Below are positions 1-8,002 of a DNA stretch of 33,107 nt, piece by piece. Source of the stretch: a virus (lineage: Duplodnaviria > Caudoviricetes); IMG/VR virus record IMGVR_UViG_3300032260_000013, positions 1-33,107 of that record. One strand, 5' to 3'. Position 1 is the first letter of the stretch, and every line of letters begins with the position of its first letter. Made by a program: the position numbers and the translations under genes. Under the pieces are notes generated by a model. It saw only the letters and a program-made list of their open reading frames with translations. It did not search any database and was not told the origin of the DNA.

Positions 1-351
1 AGAACCGCCTGCCTGACCTTCGGCACCCGTACGTCCTCCCGGTCCGCCTCCGCCGCCTGCGCCGCCACCCAGCGGCCCGTTGATGGAATTGAGGAAGTCG
101 AGGATGCTCCTGCCGTTGGTGTCGAGAAATGTCTGATCCGTCGCCCCGTCAGTCCCGCAAGGAACGACGCGACCGCCCGCGTCAAAACAAAACTGCGGAT
201 TGCTCGACGCGCCCGTCCCATCCTCGCCGCCAGGAAGCGGCGGCGGCTGTTGGGGGAAACGTCGGGGCTTGTTACCAGCCGGATCGCTCGGCGGATCCTG
301 TGAATCGTTTGGAATTCCCGATGTGTTGTTCGGATCTTCAATATCACGCAT
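1..351 (-). CDS. Partial (runs off the window) Pro/Gly-rich putative virion or internal (ejection) protein
   Basis: Not in the ORF track. ATG at 351 follows an AAGGAG RBS just after the upstream gene's stop. The frame MRDIEDPNNTSGIPNDSQDPPSDPAGNKPRRF...GGGAGGGGGPGGRTGAEGQAGGS is open to the window edge. Function is inferred only from its position after the tail genes. Confidence 0.65.
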   Translation of the reverse strand, partial: MRDIEDPNNTSGIPNDSQDPPSDPAGNKPRRFPQQPPPLPGGEDGTGASSNPQFCFDAGGRVVPCGTDGATDQTFLDTNGRSILDFLNSINGPLGGGAGGGGGPGGRTGAEGQAGGS

Positions 352-362
352 CGAACTTCTCC

Positions 363-1328
363 TTACGCCATGACCTGTTGCGTGCCAATCAGCTGTAACG
401 ATACATCGGCATGTGAACCAGCGGCGGACATGTCGAACTTCAAGACGTCACCCGCAGCAAGTGGGGTGTCCGTGATGTTGTTCGTCACGACGACTCCAAA
501 CAAACTCGTTGTCATGCTGATACCGTGCTTGAACACGCCATTGTGGTGCCAAAGCATCGTCGTTGTGCCCGAGTTCGACCCGCCGTGATACGTAGCTACC
601 ATTTTCGTTGCTACGACACCCACGGCACCGTCGGGAATAATGTGCGCGTGAATGGGTTGTCCCGTTGACGCCGCGCCCGGAAAGAATGCGGTCACGCTCC
701 ACGGAACGGTACGCGTGTCCACGTAATCTTTCCGCGTCAGATCTGCATCGTTGGTTGGCGCGGCGGAATTAACGCGTACCTGGTCCTCAACAATCATGCG
801 CCCGCTTGGATTGATTGACATTACGTCGACGCTCGTGTCCTGCTCGGTGATCACAAGCGCGCTAACCGACCCGACCGTCGTCAGCCTGATATCGTAATCC
901 GTCTGACCAGCCGTAGTGTCGACCAACCGCAGGACGGGCTCAGTGTGAGAGATTGTCGCAACACCTGCCGTCAGCTGAACAAATTCGGAAGAACTACGTC
1001 CCTCTAGAAGCCCGACGTTGAGATTCGTTACCACCGTTTGTGACGCAACAACAAGCGGAGCAGTACCGGTCGGAATTACCGACTCGAGTGCGCCACTCTT
1101 CAACACCTTGAGCCTGGTCACTCCGGTATCCTGCCACTCCTGTGTGTTACCGGACGTTTGCTGGTCGAGAACAACCGGCGTATTACCGTCGGACGACGCA
1201 ACCTTCACCTGAGTTGTCGTGTTTGATCCAGCCAGGGTGTTGTAAAGCGCGTCGAAATTCGTATTCATCTGCGACGACGAAATCAGCGTGGCCGGAGAAA
1301 AAACGTGTGATTTTGCGATGAGTGCCAT
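363..1328 (-). CDS. Tail fibre/spike-like virion protein
   Basis: 321 aa, Thr/Ser/Val-rich and beta-rich. The N-terminus (FSPATLISSSQMNTNFDALY) resembles fibre attachment segments. It also contains the fibre-type motifs GTAPLVVASQTVVTNLN and APTNDADLTRKDYVD. RBS GGAG; lies downstream of the nozzle gene. Confidence 0.65.
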   Translation of the reverse strand: MALIAKSHVFSPATLISSSQMNTNFDALYNTLAGSNTTTQVKVASSDGNTPVVLDQQTSGNTQEWQDTGVTRLKVLKSGALESVIPTGTAPLVVASQTVVTNLNVGLLEGRSSSEFVQLTAGVATISHTEPVLRLVDTTAGQTDYDIRLTTVGSVSALVITEQDTSVDVMSINPSGRMIVEDQVRVNSAAPTNDADLTRKDYVDTRTVPWSVTAFFPGAASTGQPIHAHIIPDGAVGVVATKMVATYHGGSNSGTTTMLWHHNGVFKHGISMTTSLFGVVVTNNITDTPLAAGDVLKFDMSAAGSHADVSLQLIGTQQVMA

Positions 1329-1337
1329 TTCACTCTC

Positions 1338-2990
1338 CTATGCGTCCTTGACGCGTCTGTGTGTTAGCCGCGAAACTTGAACCCCGAGGTTCTTGACTGC
1401 AACACCTTGGTCTATCTCACTTGCGCGAACGGAAAGCTGCACTTGCTGAAACCGGCTCGGTGGCCCGACGCCGCGCCACACGTCCGTATCCGTCGACACC
1501 TCGGACGCCCACGTCGCCGAGTCCCATAATCCGTCATCCCACAAACTGCCAGTACTAAGGCCGGAAAAAGACAACTGCCAAGATCGCGCTTTGGCATCGT
1601 TGCCGTCGATGCTGAGAAAGACCGACAGCGCCACCGGATCAGTAAGTGCCTCAAACTCCATTCCCCATCGATGGATTCGCTTTCGTACCAAGGGCTCATC
1701 AAAGTTTAGCGCCTTGAAAACAACAGCCGTCTGGTAGGCAACTCCGTCGTCCTGGTAACACGCCGCTCCGTCGGCCGCGCACTCCGTGTCGTTACGATAC
1801 CGATGAATGGCTGACGACCCGCCGGTAATTTCCTTCGCAACGAAAACACGAATGTCTCCGACCGTATCAATTACTTGACAAAAGGCCGACCCCGCAGGGC
1901 CGCCTGTCCAGCTCGTAAAGGCTACGCGCCCATTCACAGACAACAGTGTATAATCCATTACCCAGGTAACTTCGTTCACGCCACTGTTCACGTCCGGAAT
2001 TGAGATAGCGTACTGCGACCTGTGCGGAATTACAATCGACGGGTAGTCCTCGCGCGATCTCGGTACGCCCCGCAACGCCGGAACATTCTCAGACAACAGC
2101 GCACTGGCTAGGTCACCAGAGGAAAGCAGCTTCTGCAACGACATTAGGCCCTCGTCAGAGAGAAACACTAGGTCGCCAAGTACCTCCTGAATTGAGTTCT
2201 GCGAGATACATCCGACGTTGTTGACTAGCTGTCTGATTTCCCACTGCGACGTGTCCGTGTTGGGACTACCAAACGCCAGCGCGTAAATCCTACGTCGTTT
2301 GAATATTACAAGCTGTCCTCGGTATTGCTTGATCGCGGTGATCCTGCCTCCCTCGTCACCTCCAACATTCGCAGCATAAAATCCCGCAATTCCAGTCGCG
2401 CTCCATGCGTCCGCCGCCTCGGCATCACCGAGCTTGCTTGCGACAATTCGGTTCGGCAAGTCGGCGTCTACCACAAATACACGACTGTTCATCACCTCAA
2501 TGTATTTCATGTTTGGCTGCGCAGCGTCGGCACTTACGTCCTTCAACGTAGCGCCGCTGGTGGTAGCGTCGATCTTGATTGCGTTTGCGACCGTACCTCC
2601 AGTTGTATCGCCGCTAACCGCAATTGCTTTGTCATTGAACACTGCCCAATACCAGGTTGCTGTACCGGGCAAAGAACTAAACGCCGCGCCGCCGTCAATA
2701 GACAACACCGGCCAGCTCGTGGCGGAATTCCATCTGCGAACGTCCCCGGCCTCTGTCGCAAATACAGCAGATGACTCATCCGACTGCTGGAAGAAATAGA
2801 GTGATGTGATACGAGAATTCATTCCTGTCACGGACGAGCTGATATCTACTGTGCCAGCCCGGGTGACCAGGTTTGCTTTTGAGTCAATTTCGACGTTCTC
2901 TGCCGCAACAACCTCAGTATCTCCGATTTGGTCTGACGGAAGTTGTTGGTTTACGCCACCAAGCCAACCTCGATACGCGATGCTCGGCAT
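1338..2990 (-). CDS. Tail tubular protein B / nozzle-like (T7 gp12, P22 gp10 class) beta-propeller virion protein
   Basis: Start reassigned to MPSIAYRGWLGGVN (RBS AGGAG). The GGVN...AENV...LVTRAG N-terminus and the GGRITAI...LVIFKRRRIY...VGCISQNSI...LVFLSDEG segments are typical of podovirus nozzle/stabilisation proteins. Confidence 0.75.
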   Translation of the reverse strand: MPSIAYRGWLGGVNQQLPSDQIGDTEVVAAENVEIDSKANLVTRAGTVDISSSVTGMNSRITSLYFFQQSDESSAVFATEAGDVRRWNSATSWPVLSIDGGAAFSSLPGTATWYWAVFNDKAIAVSGDTTGGTVANAIKIDATTSGATLKDVSADAAQPNMKYIEVMNSRVFVVDADLPNRIVASKLGDAEAADAWSATGIAGFYAANVGGDEGGRITAIKQYRGQLVIFKRRRIYALAFGSPNTDTSQWEIRQLVNNVGCISQNSIQEVLGDLVFLSDEGLMSLQKLLSSGDLASALLSENVPALRGVPRSREDYPSIVIPHRSQYAISIPDVNSGVNEVTWVMDYTLLSVNGRVAFTSWTGGPAGSAFCQVIDTVGDIRVFVAKEITGGSSAIHRYRNDTECAADGAACYQDDGVAYQTAVVFKALNFDEPLVRKRIHRWGMEFEALTDPVALSVFLSIDGNDAKARSWQLSFSGLSTGSLWDDGLWDSATWASEVSTDTDVWRGVGPPSRFQQVQLSVRASEIDQGVAVKNLGVQVSRLTHRRVKDA

Positions 2991-3000
2991 AGTTGATCTC

Positions 3001-3687
3001 CTAGTAGTTGTCCGGTAGTCGTGGACCGCGAGGCACGGTACGCCGAGGGATATCTCGCGGCTGAAACACGTACGACGTGTCTTGTTCGTACGCGTATTTT
3101 CTCTGTAGGTTGCGAACGGAAATAGAATACTGCGACCTATATCGGTCCGCCAAATCCGTCTCACCGGAGTGCGTGTAGTAGCTCGACCGAACGTGGTGCC
3201 TCAGCGCTATGAACGTAGCAGGAGGCAGCTCGACAATCGAGTTCTGTCCAATCGACGCGGGATCCGTAACCCGATATACGGTATACGTTTCCACGGCGGT
3301 TGGAACAGGCCACAATCGAATACTGGGGCCGTCCGTTGCACTATACGTGCTGCTGATATAGTGAGTTGGCGTACCGGCTAGATCGATATCATACCCGTAC
3401 ATTGCCAACGAGCGCTCTGATGTGGGCCTCAGTCTGGTCTTCGTTTGATCACGAACGACCGCCTTGATTTCCGAAACCAGCGCGCCCAACGAATATGACG
3501 CCGTACTCGCGACCGTTGTTATGGTCTGAGTTCCGTCCAAGAATCTCCAGTCACTCGCCTCGTTCACCAACTCGGCAACTGCGTCAGCAATCCAATCGCT
3601 GAACTGCTGCGCCGTCGAGGCGTCACTCGGATCTTCGCCGAGTTCGCGAATAACGGGAGTAACAATCTGTATTGCGGTAGATGACAT
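3001..3687 (-). CDS. Head-tail adaptor / tail tubular protein A-like (paralog 2)
   Basis: 228 aa with adaptor-type motifs (TITTVASTASYSL, GTPTHY, IRLWPVP). Lies between the capsid genes and the nozzle gene. Confidence 0.7.
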   Translation of the reverse strand: MSSTAIQIVTPVIRELGEDPSDASTAQQFSDWIADAVAELVNEASDWRFLDGTQTITTVASTASYSLGALVSEIKAVVRDQTKTRLRPTSERSLAMYGYDIDLAGTPTHYISSTYSATDGPSIRLWPVPTAVETYTVYRVTDPASIGQNSIVELPPATFIALRHHVRSSYYTHSGETDLADRYRSQYSISVRNLQRKYAYEQDTSYVFQPRDIPRRTVPRGPRLPDNY

Positions 3688-3695
3688 ACCTCCCC

Positions 3696-4373
3696 CTATT
3701 CAACGGACGCAGCCGCAGCTTGCTTGGTTCCGCCGAGCTGCTTGATGCGCAAGCGAGATTGGATTTGGCGCGGCTGCGTATATCGCGAGTTGTACGCAAG
3801 GAGCAACTGCGTGTACACCTGCAACTCAGATTGTGCCAACTGCACCTGGTCGTCGTTCATTCGATACGCCGCACGAACATGGTGCTTCATCAGCTCGACG
3901 TATTCCGGCGGCAGCGGGATAACCGTAGCGTCCCCCAAATCCGGGGGTCGAGACAAAACGCGAACGTCAAAGTTGTAAATTGCGTCCGGAACAGGAACGA
4001 GCGTAACCTTGAGGCCGGTGGTGGTAGAATCGATCCCCGAATAGTGCCAATACATCGGCATTCCTACTTCCTCTAAATCGGTACCAAGGCGGGCCAGCGA
4101 CTCCTCCGTGTTGTACCCCAGCACAACTTCCGTTGAGCGGTCACGCATGATCTTGATTTCCGCAACGGAAGTATCGAGCGTATACTCGGCAACTCCGTTG
4201 GTGGTCACAAGCTGAACGCTCGCGTTTGACCACAGTGCGCGCGACGTGGCGGCGGTACTGATGTACGCCTCCTTACACCACGCGATGTATTGCGCACGAA
4301 CTTGAACATCACCGAAGTCTTCGCCAGCCTCCTGTGCCATCCCTTGTGCAAACGTTGCAAGCGTGGTTGCCAT
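3696..4373 (-). CDS. Head-tail adaptor / tail tubular protein A-like (paralog 1)
   Basis: 225 aa (LVTTNGVAEYTL, GMPMYW, VTLVPVPD). Colinear similarity to 3001..3687; RBS GGAGGAG. Confidence 0.7.
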   Translation of the reverse strand: MATTLATFAQGMAQEAGEDFGDVQVRAQYIAWCKEAYISTAATSRALWSNASVQLVTTNGVAEYTLDTSVAEIKIMRDRSTEVVLGYNTEESLARLGTDLEEVGMPMYWHYSGIDSTTTGLKVTLVPVPDAIYNFDVRVLSRPPDLGDATVIPLPPEYVELMKHHVRAAYRMNDDQVQLAQSELQVYTQLLLAYNSRYTQPRQIQSRLRIKQLGGTKQAAAASVE

Positions 4374-4375
4374 GT

Positions 4376-4687
4376 CTACTCCTCCTCAGCTGGGTGCGCC
4401 CATCCGGACGACGGCTCGTTACCACCGAGCCACTGCTTTGGCATTTCGGATTCCGATAGTACCGGACGAGCGTCGGCAGGATGAACAACTTTGCGGTGCG
4501 CTGCCAATGCCGCGCGAACTCGTGCTTGCTCCTTTGGATCAAGATCATCAAAGTCGCCGAGACCGTTTTGCTCGCAGACGGAAAATCCACAATGCTTGCA
4601 CCGATCCGGCGTCAAGAGCACGCGCTTACGCAAAGTCGTAGTACCATCAATTTGTACGGCGCGAACCACGTACTTTCTCTCTTTCAT
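4376..4687 (-). CDS. Small hypothetical protein with CxxC and HxxxxH (possible Zn-binding)
   Basis: Start reassigned to MKERKYVV (RBS AAGGGG). Contains CKHC and HRKVVH. The longer ORF-track start overlaps the neighbouring gene. Confidence 0.6.
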   Translation of the reverse strand: MKERKYVVRAVQIDGTTTLRKRVLLTPDRCKHCGFSVCEQNGLGDFDDLDPKEQARVRAALAAHRKVVHPADARPVLSESEMPKQWLGGNEPSSGWAHPAEEE

Positions 4688-4691
4688 GGTA

Positions 4692-5147
4692 TTACCCCTT
4701 TCGGAACACGATCGTCTTGTTGTATTGTGGCGCGACAACCTCGACCTCGGGCGGCACATCCGGAGTCGAGGGGGCGGTTTTGTGGTACGGCTGTACCTTC
4801 GTGTCAACAGGAGGTGCGACCACGAGACCCTCGGCCAGTACGGGCTCGAGATCATCCGTTTGTCCTGGCGGCGCCTCGTCGGGCAGCACGTCCTCCTCCT
4901 CGTGTGCGCCATCGAGCAAATCAAGGTCAGTCGCTTCCGGCTCCACCTCGTCGGCGCCCGCGGCTGACGCCGCGCCCAGCACCACAGTAGCCCCGTCAAA
5001 CGAAAGGCCCGCGACCACCGTGGACAACGAGGTCGGGCTGTGATTGAGTAGTGCAGCAAACGTAGGAGCCACGTTGAGGATTGCGCGAGCCTTCGACGCG
5101 CCGATTCCCGGCAGCGCGGTCAGAAAAGCAATATTCAAATCGGACAT
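4692..5147 (-). CDS. Helix-hairpin-helix domain protein with acidic tail
   Basis: Start MSDLNIAF (RBS GGAG). Contains the HhH signature LTALPGIGASKARAIL and a second degenerate HhH (VAGLS), followed by an Asp/Glu/Pro-rich region. Confidence 0.7.
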   Translation of the reverse strand: MSDLNIAFLTALPGIGASKARAILNVAPTFAALLNHSPTSLSTVVAGLSFDGATVVLGAASAAGADEVEPEATDLDLLDGAHEEEDVLPDEAPPGQTDDLEPVLAEGLVVAPPVDTKVQPYHKTAPSTPDVPPEVEVVAPQYNKTIVFRKG

Positions 5148-5156
5148 CTTTACTCC

Positions 5157-5187
5157 AAGAAAAAGCCCCGGCCCAGCGAGGCCGAGC
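5157..5187 (-). terminator. Rho-independent terminator after the major capsid gene
   Basis: Minus strand GCTCGGCCTCGCTGGGCCGGGGC forms a GC-rich hairpin followed by TTTTTCTT, about 20 nt after the capsid stop codon. Confidence 0.7.
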
Positions 5188-5207
5188 CGAGGCAAGTTAT
5201 AGTCGAA

Positions 5208-6212
5208 CTAGACCACGATGTTCGTGAGACGCGCGTGTCGCGCGCGGTTGTTGAGCACCAAGTTTGCGTACAGAAGCACCTTGCTGGTCCGCGCGTCCTG
5301 GTTGCCCGGCGTGACGAACGGCGAAGTCGCAAAGTTCCGGCCCTTACCAATCACGAACTTGATGTAGTTCGAGTTCAAGATAAACGCGGAAAACTCAGCG
5401 GTCGTGTCGTCCGTTTCGATGTCGTCATCCCAAACCAGCGGGATACCGTCGAACAGCACATTATCGAATCCGAGATCACCGAGCTTGCCGTCGGTAAACC
5501 GCCGACGATCCTCGAGCGTGGCGATGTACGCCTCGTAGACCTCGCGAGAAGTGATGATGAGCGTGGGGCGATCTTTGCCGCGCGACGCCTTGTTGACCAA
5601 GGTTCGCAACTGCTTCACGCCCTCGGTGGACTTCCCGGAAACCGTCTCGAACGAGGTTCCGCTAAAGTCCGCCCACTGGTTGCGCCAGAAAGTATTCAGC
5701 GCGTCCGAGCTATCGATGTTACCGAACGTACTCCACGCGCCACCGTCTTCGACAGCGATGTTGAGTCCGGTAAGGTCTTTACCACCGTTGCCGGTACCGT
5801 CGCCGAAAAGCTGGCGGTTCAGCTCCAGCTGCATCGAAATTTCCAGCTGACGAATCTTCGCCTGAAGAAGTCCGAAGATTCGCGACTTGCTGCCGGAATT
5901 TTGGAACTCTTCGCGGCCGGAGATGGTGACCGCGCCGCCGAGCTGCTTCCACTCATACTCCGCCGCCGTGATTCCTTCCTGCGGCGACACATCGAAGATG
6001 TCGTACCCATCGTACGAGCGAACCGTGGAGTTCTCGCCGACGAGTAGATTCTCGACGATATTCCGCGATCCGTCCATCTCCGTGACGAACCCGTGAGACC
6101 GAAGCATTGCGAACAGTGCCTGGTTGTTGGTGATATTGTCGCTCAGTTGACTACGATGATGTTGCAGCGTAGAAGTGATGAGCGTATTGAAGTTCACGTT
6201 CCCAAGAGCCAC
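5208..6212 (-). CDS. Major capsid protein (HK97-fold)
   Basis: 334 aa, GTG start with strong RBS GGAGGAGG. Motifs LSDNIT, AEYEWKQL.G.VTISG.E...NSG, LFGDGTGNGGK.LTGL, FWRN, GFDNVLFDG and LNSNYI match a widespread phage MCP family. Follows the scaffold and decoration genes and precedes a terminator. Confidence 0.9.
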   Translation of the reverse strand: MALGNVNFNTLITSTLQHHRSQLSDNITNNQALFAMLRSHGFVTEMDGSRNIVENLLVGENSTVRSYDGYDIFDVSPQEGITAAEYEWKQLGGAVTISGREEFQNSGSKSRIFGLLQAKIRQLEISMQLELNRQLFGDGTGNGGKDLTGLNIAVEDGGAWSTFGNIDSSDALNTFWRNQWADFSGTSFETVSGKSTEGVKQLRTLVNKASRGKDRPTLIITSREVYEAYIATLEDRRRFTDGKLGDLGFDNVLFDGIPLVWDDDIETDDTTAEFSAFILNSNYIKFVIGKGRNFATSPFVTPGNQDARTSKVLLYANLVLNNRARHARLTNIVV

Positions 6213-6227
6213 GTTGTCCTCCCTCCC

Positions 6228-6695
6228 TTAGAAAAACCGAACGGTTGCGGCGTTAGTCGCCTCGTCGATGAGCACGATACCGCGTCCCGCGCCATCACCG
6301 GCGGCTGCGCCGGTTGCATGCACGATAACGATACGTGAAGAGGTAGCGAAATGCTGAAACACGTCGTCCGCAACCAATCCCGTCGTTGCTGGAACGGCCG
6401 CGAAATCGCCGGAAACGCCAATCCAGCCGTAGCTGTCGAGCGCGATCGCCGTCGGAGCAAAGCCGTCGATGCGGTCGCCCGCACCGTTGGACAGCGTCAC
6501 GACACCGGCACTGTCGACTTGAACCAGCGCGTTTGCCGTGATTGCCTCGGTATCGGCAAACGCATAAATGTATCGGTTACCGCTCTGGTCGTGTGCGATC
6601 GAGCCAAGGACGTGGGCACCGCCCGTATCCGTTGCCGTCAGATCAACACCGAGACTCTTCAGCGGAGCTGAAAAGGGACTCGCTTGAATCGCCAT
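6228..6695 (-). CDS. Putative capsid decoration/cement protein
   Basis: 155 aa, Ala/Gly-rich beta protein (GNRYIYA, AIALDSYGWI) adjacent to the MCP gene; RBS GGAGG. Confidence 0.6.
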   Translation of the reverse strand: MAIQASPFSAPLKSLGVDLTATDTGGAHVLGSIAHDQSGNRYIYAFADTEAITANALVQVDSAGVVTLSNGAGDRIDGFAPTAIALDSYGWIGVSGDFAAVPATTGLVADDVFQHFATSSRIVIVHATGAAAGDGAGRGIVLIDEATNAATVRFF

Positions 6696-6713
6696 CAGTT
6701 GTCCTCCATTCTA

Positions 6714-7625
6714 TTACGCTTTCGCGCGCGTCACATCTTCCCAAGCGGCGTCTAATGCACTTTGGATCGACGCCGTGGCCGTTTGTGGTTCCGCACCCGT
6801 TGCGACGCCGGTTTCGGTGTTGTGCCGAGCGGCCATATTTTGTAGTTCTTCCATTGTGGCGTCGCCGGATGACGGCGCCTCGGGGGAGTTCGTTTGCGTG
6901 TCGGTAGGCACTCCCGATGCCGTATCCGTTGCCTGCCCTTCCGCACCCTCACTGGACAAAGTATCGGTTTTTCCTTGGGGCGCGGTTGGATTGTATTCAC
7001 CCATCTCAATCTTCTGAGCCTTTTCCGGGTTGTCGGCTCGAGCCTTCAGATAGATCTGCTCGAGCGACATATTTGAGTCGTCCGGTAGCGACTTGGAAAT
7101 CTCAAGCATTTCCGGTTGCCATTGTGCGAAGTCGGAGTATTTTGAAACAACGCCCTGCAATTCGTTGTGTGTTTTGTACGCGGACAGAACCGGCCGAAAC
7201 GGCTCAAGTTGCTGCTGAACAAAGTCCCCGACGTGCGCAAACTGCGAATGAACCGTGTTCATGACGAACTTACGCAGCTCTGCCGGATCGGATAGGACAG
7301 CGTCCATGTTGGGCGTCCCTGGGTCAGCCGCGACAGGCAACTTCGGCACGGCCCTCGGTGCCTCCGAAGCTTGCGTAACCTCCTCCAACTTGCTCAGTCG
7401 TTGCTCGAGAGCGAGGTTTCTCTGGTGAACCTGGGTTGCCCACCCCTGAACCGCCTTGTACCGCTTTTCGGCGGTCTCGACGTCACCACCAGAAAAGCGC
7501 TCAACGGCCTTCTTCCTTTCCTCTGGAGTCGGAGCTGGCTTCCCATCATCGTAATCCTCAAATTCAATCTCCAGATCCCCGTCGTCAGACATTCCAATCA
7601 CATTTGCACGCTGTTTAATCGCCAT
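6714..7625 (-). CDS. Capsid scaffolding protein
   Basis: 303 aa, acidic with a coiled coil (EKRYKAVQGWATQVHQRNLALEQRL), low-complexity tail and short C-terminal helix (SIQSALDAAWE). Lies between portal and capsid genes. Confidence 0.7.
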   Translation of the reverse strand: MAIKQRANVIGMSDDGDLEIEFEDYDDGKPAPTPEERKKAVERFSGGDVETAEKRYKAVQGWATQVHQRNLALEQRLSKLEEVTQASEAPRAVPKLPVAADPGTPNMDAVLSDPAELRKFVMNTVHSQFAHVGDFVQQQLEPFRPVLSAYKTHNELQGVVSKYSDFAQWQPEMLEISKSLPDDSNMSLEQIYLKARADNPEKAQKIEMGEYNPTAPQGKTDTLSSEGAEGQATDTASGVPTDTQTNSPEAPSSGDATMEELQNMAARHNTETGVATGAEPQTATASIQSALDAAWEDVTRAKA

Positions 7626-7639
7626 TTTCGGGTGTCTCC

Positions 7640-7993
7640 TTATTCTGGTATCCGCAGATCAGCTTGTCGGAGTGCCGCCGTCACGGAAGCCCCAATTGAT
7701 TCGTCTGCACGACGCCGCTTTTGTTCGGCGTTTCTCGCCACGTCTTCGCTTGCTCCGTCTTCAAGTTGACGAACGGGGTCGCTCTTATCGGCTGCCCTAC
7801 GCGCCATCTGGACGGTTTCTTTGTCTGCCTTCGGAGAAGACTGGTGCCATAGTGGGATATGGGACGCAGGCGCGGTCACCCACACCTGGCTACCAATACA
7901 CCCGCCTGGACCTGTTGCTGTATGCCGCTTCTCGTACGGCCGAAACTGCTCAAAGATAAAGCCATCGTCACACTTGTAGTCGTATGTCGGCAT
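7640..7993 (-). CDS. FmdB-family zinc-ribbon-like protein (degenerate)
   Basis: The N-terminus MPTYDYKC...FE is the FmdB-family start, a family commonly found after phage portal genes. Only two Cys are retained. Confidence 0.65.
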   Translation of the reverse strand: MPTYDYKCDDGFIFEQFRPYEKRHTATGPGGCIGSQVWVTAPASHIPLWHQSSPKADKETVQMARRAADKSDPVRQLEDGASEDVARNAEQKRRRADESIGASVTAALRQADLRIPE

Positions 7994-8002
7994 GCGTCCT
8001 CC

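Noticed and set aside
2991-3164. ORF-track N-terminal extension of the nozzle gene
   Set aside because: It overlaps the adaptor gene; the RBS-supported start is at 2990.
5235-6047. 270-aa plus-strand ORF antisense to the capsid gene (and similar shadow ORFs such as 25468..26286)
   Set aside because: Typical antisense open frames of GC-rich genes; no RBS or motifs.
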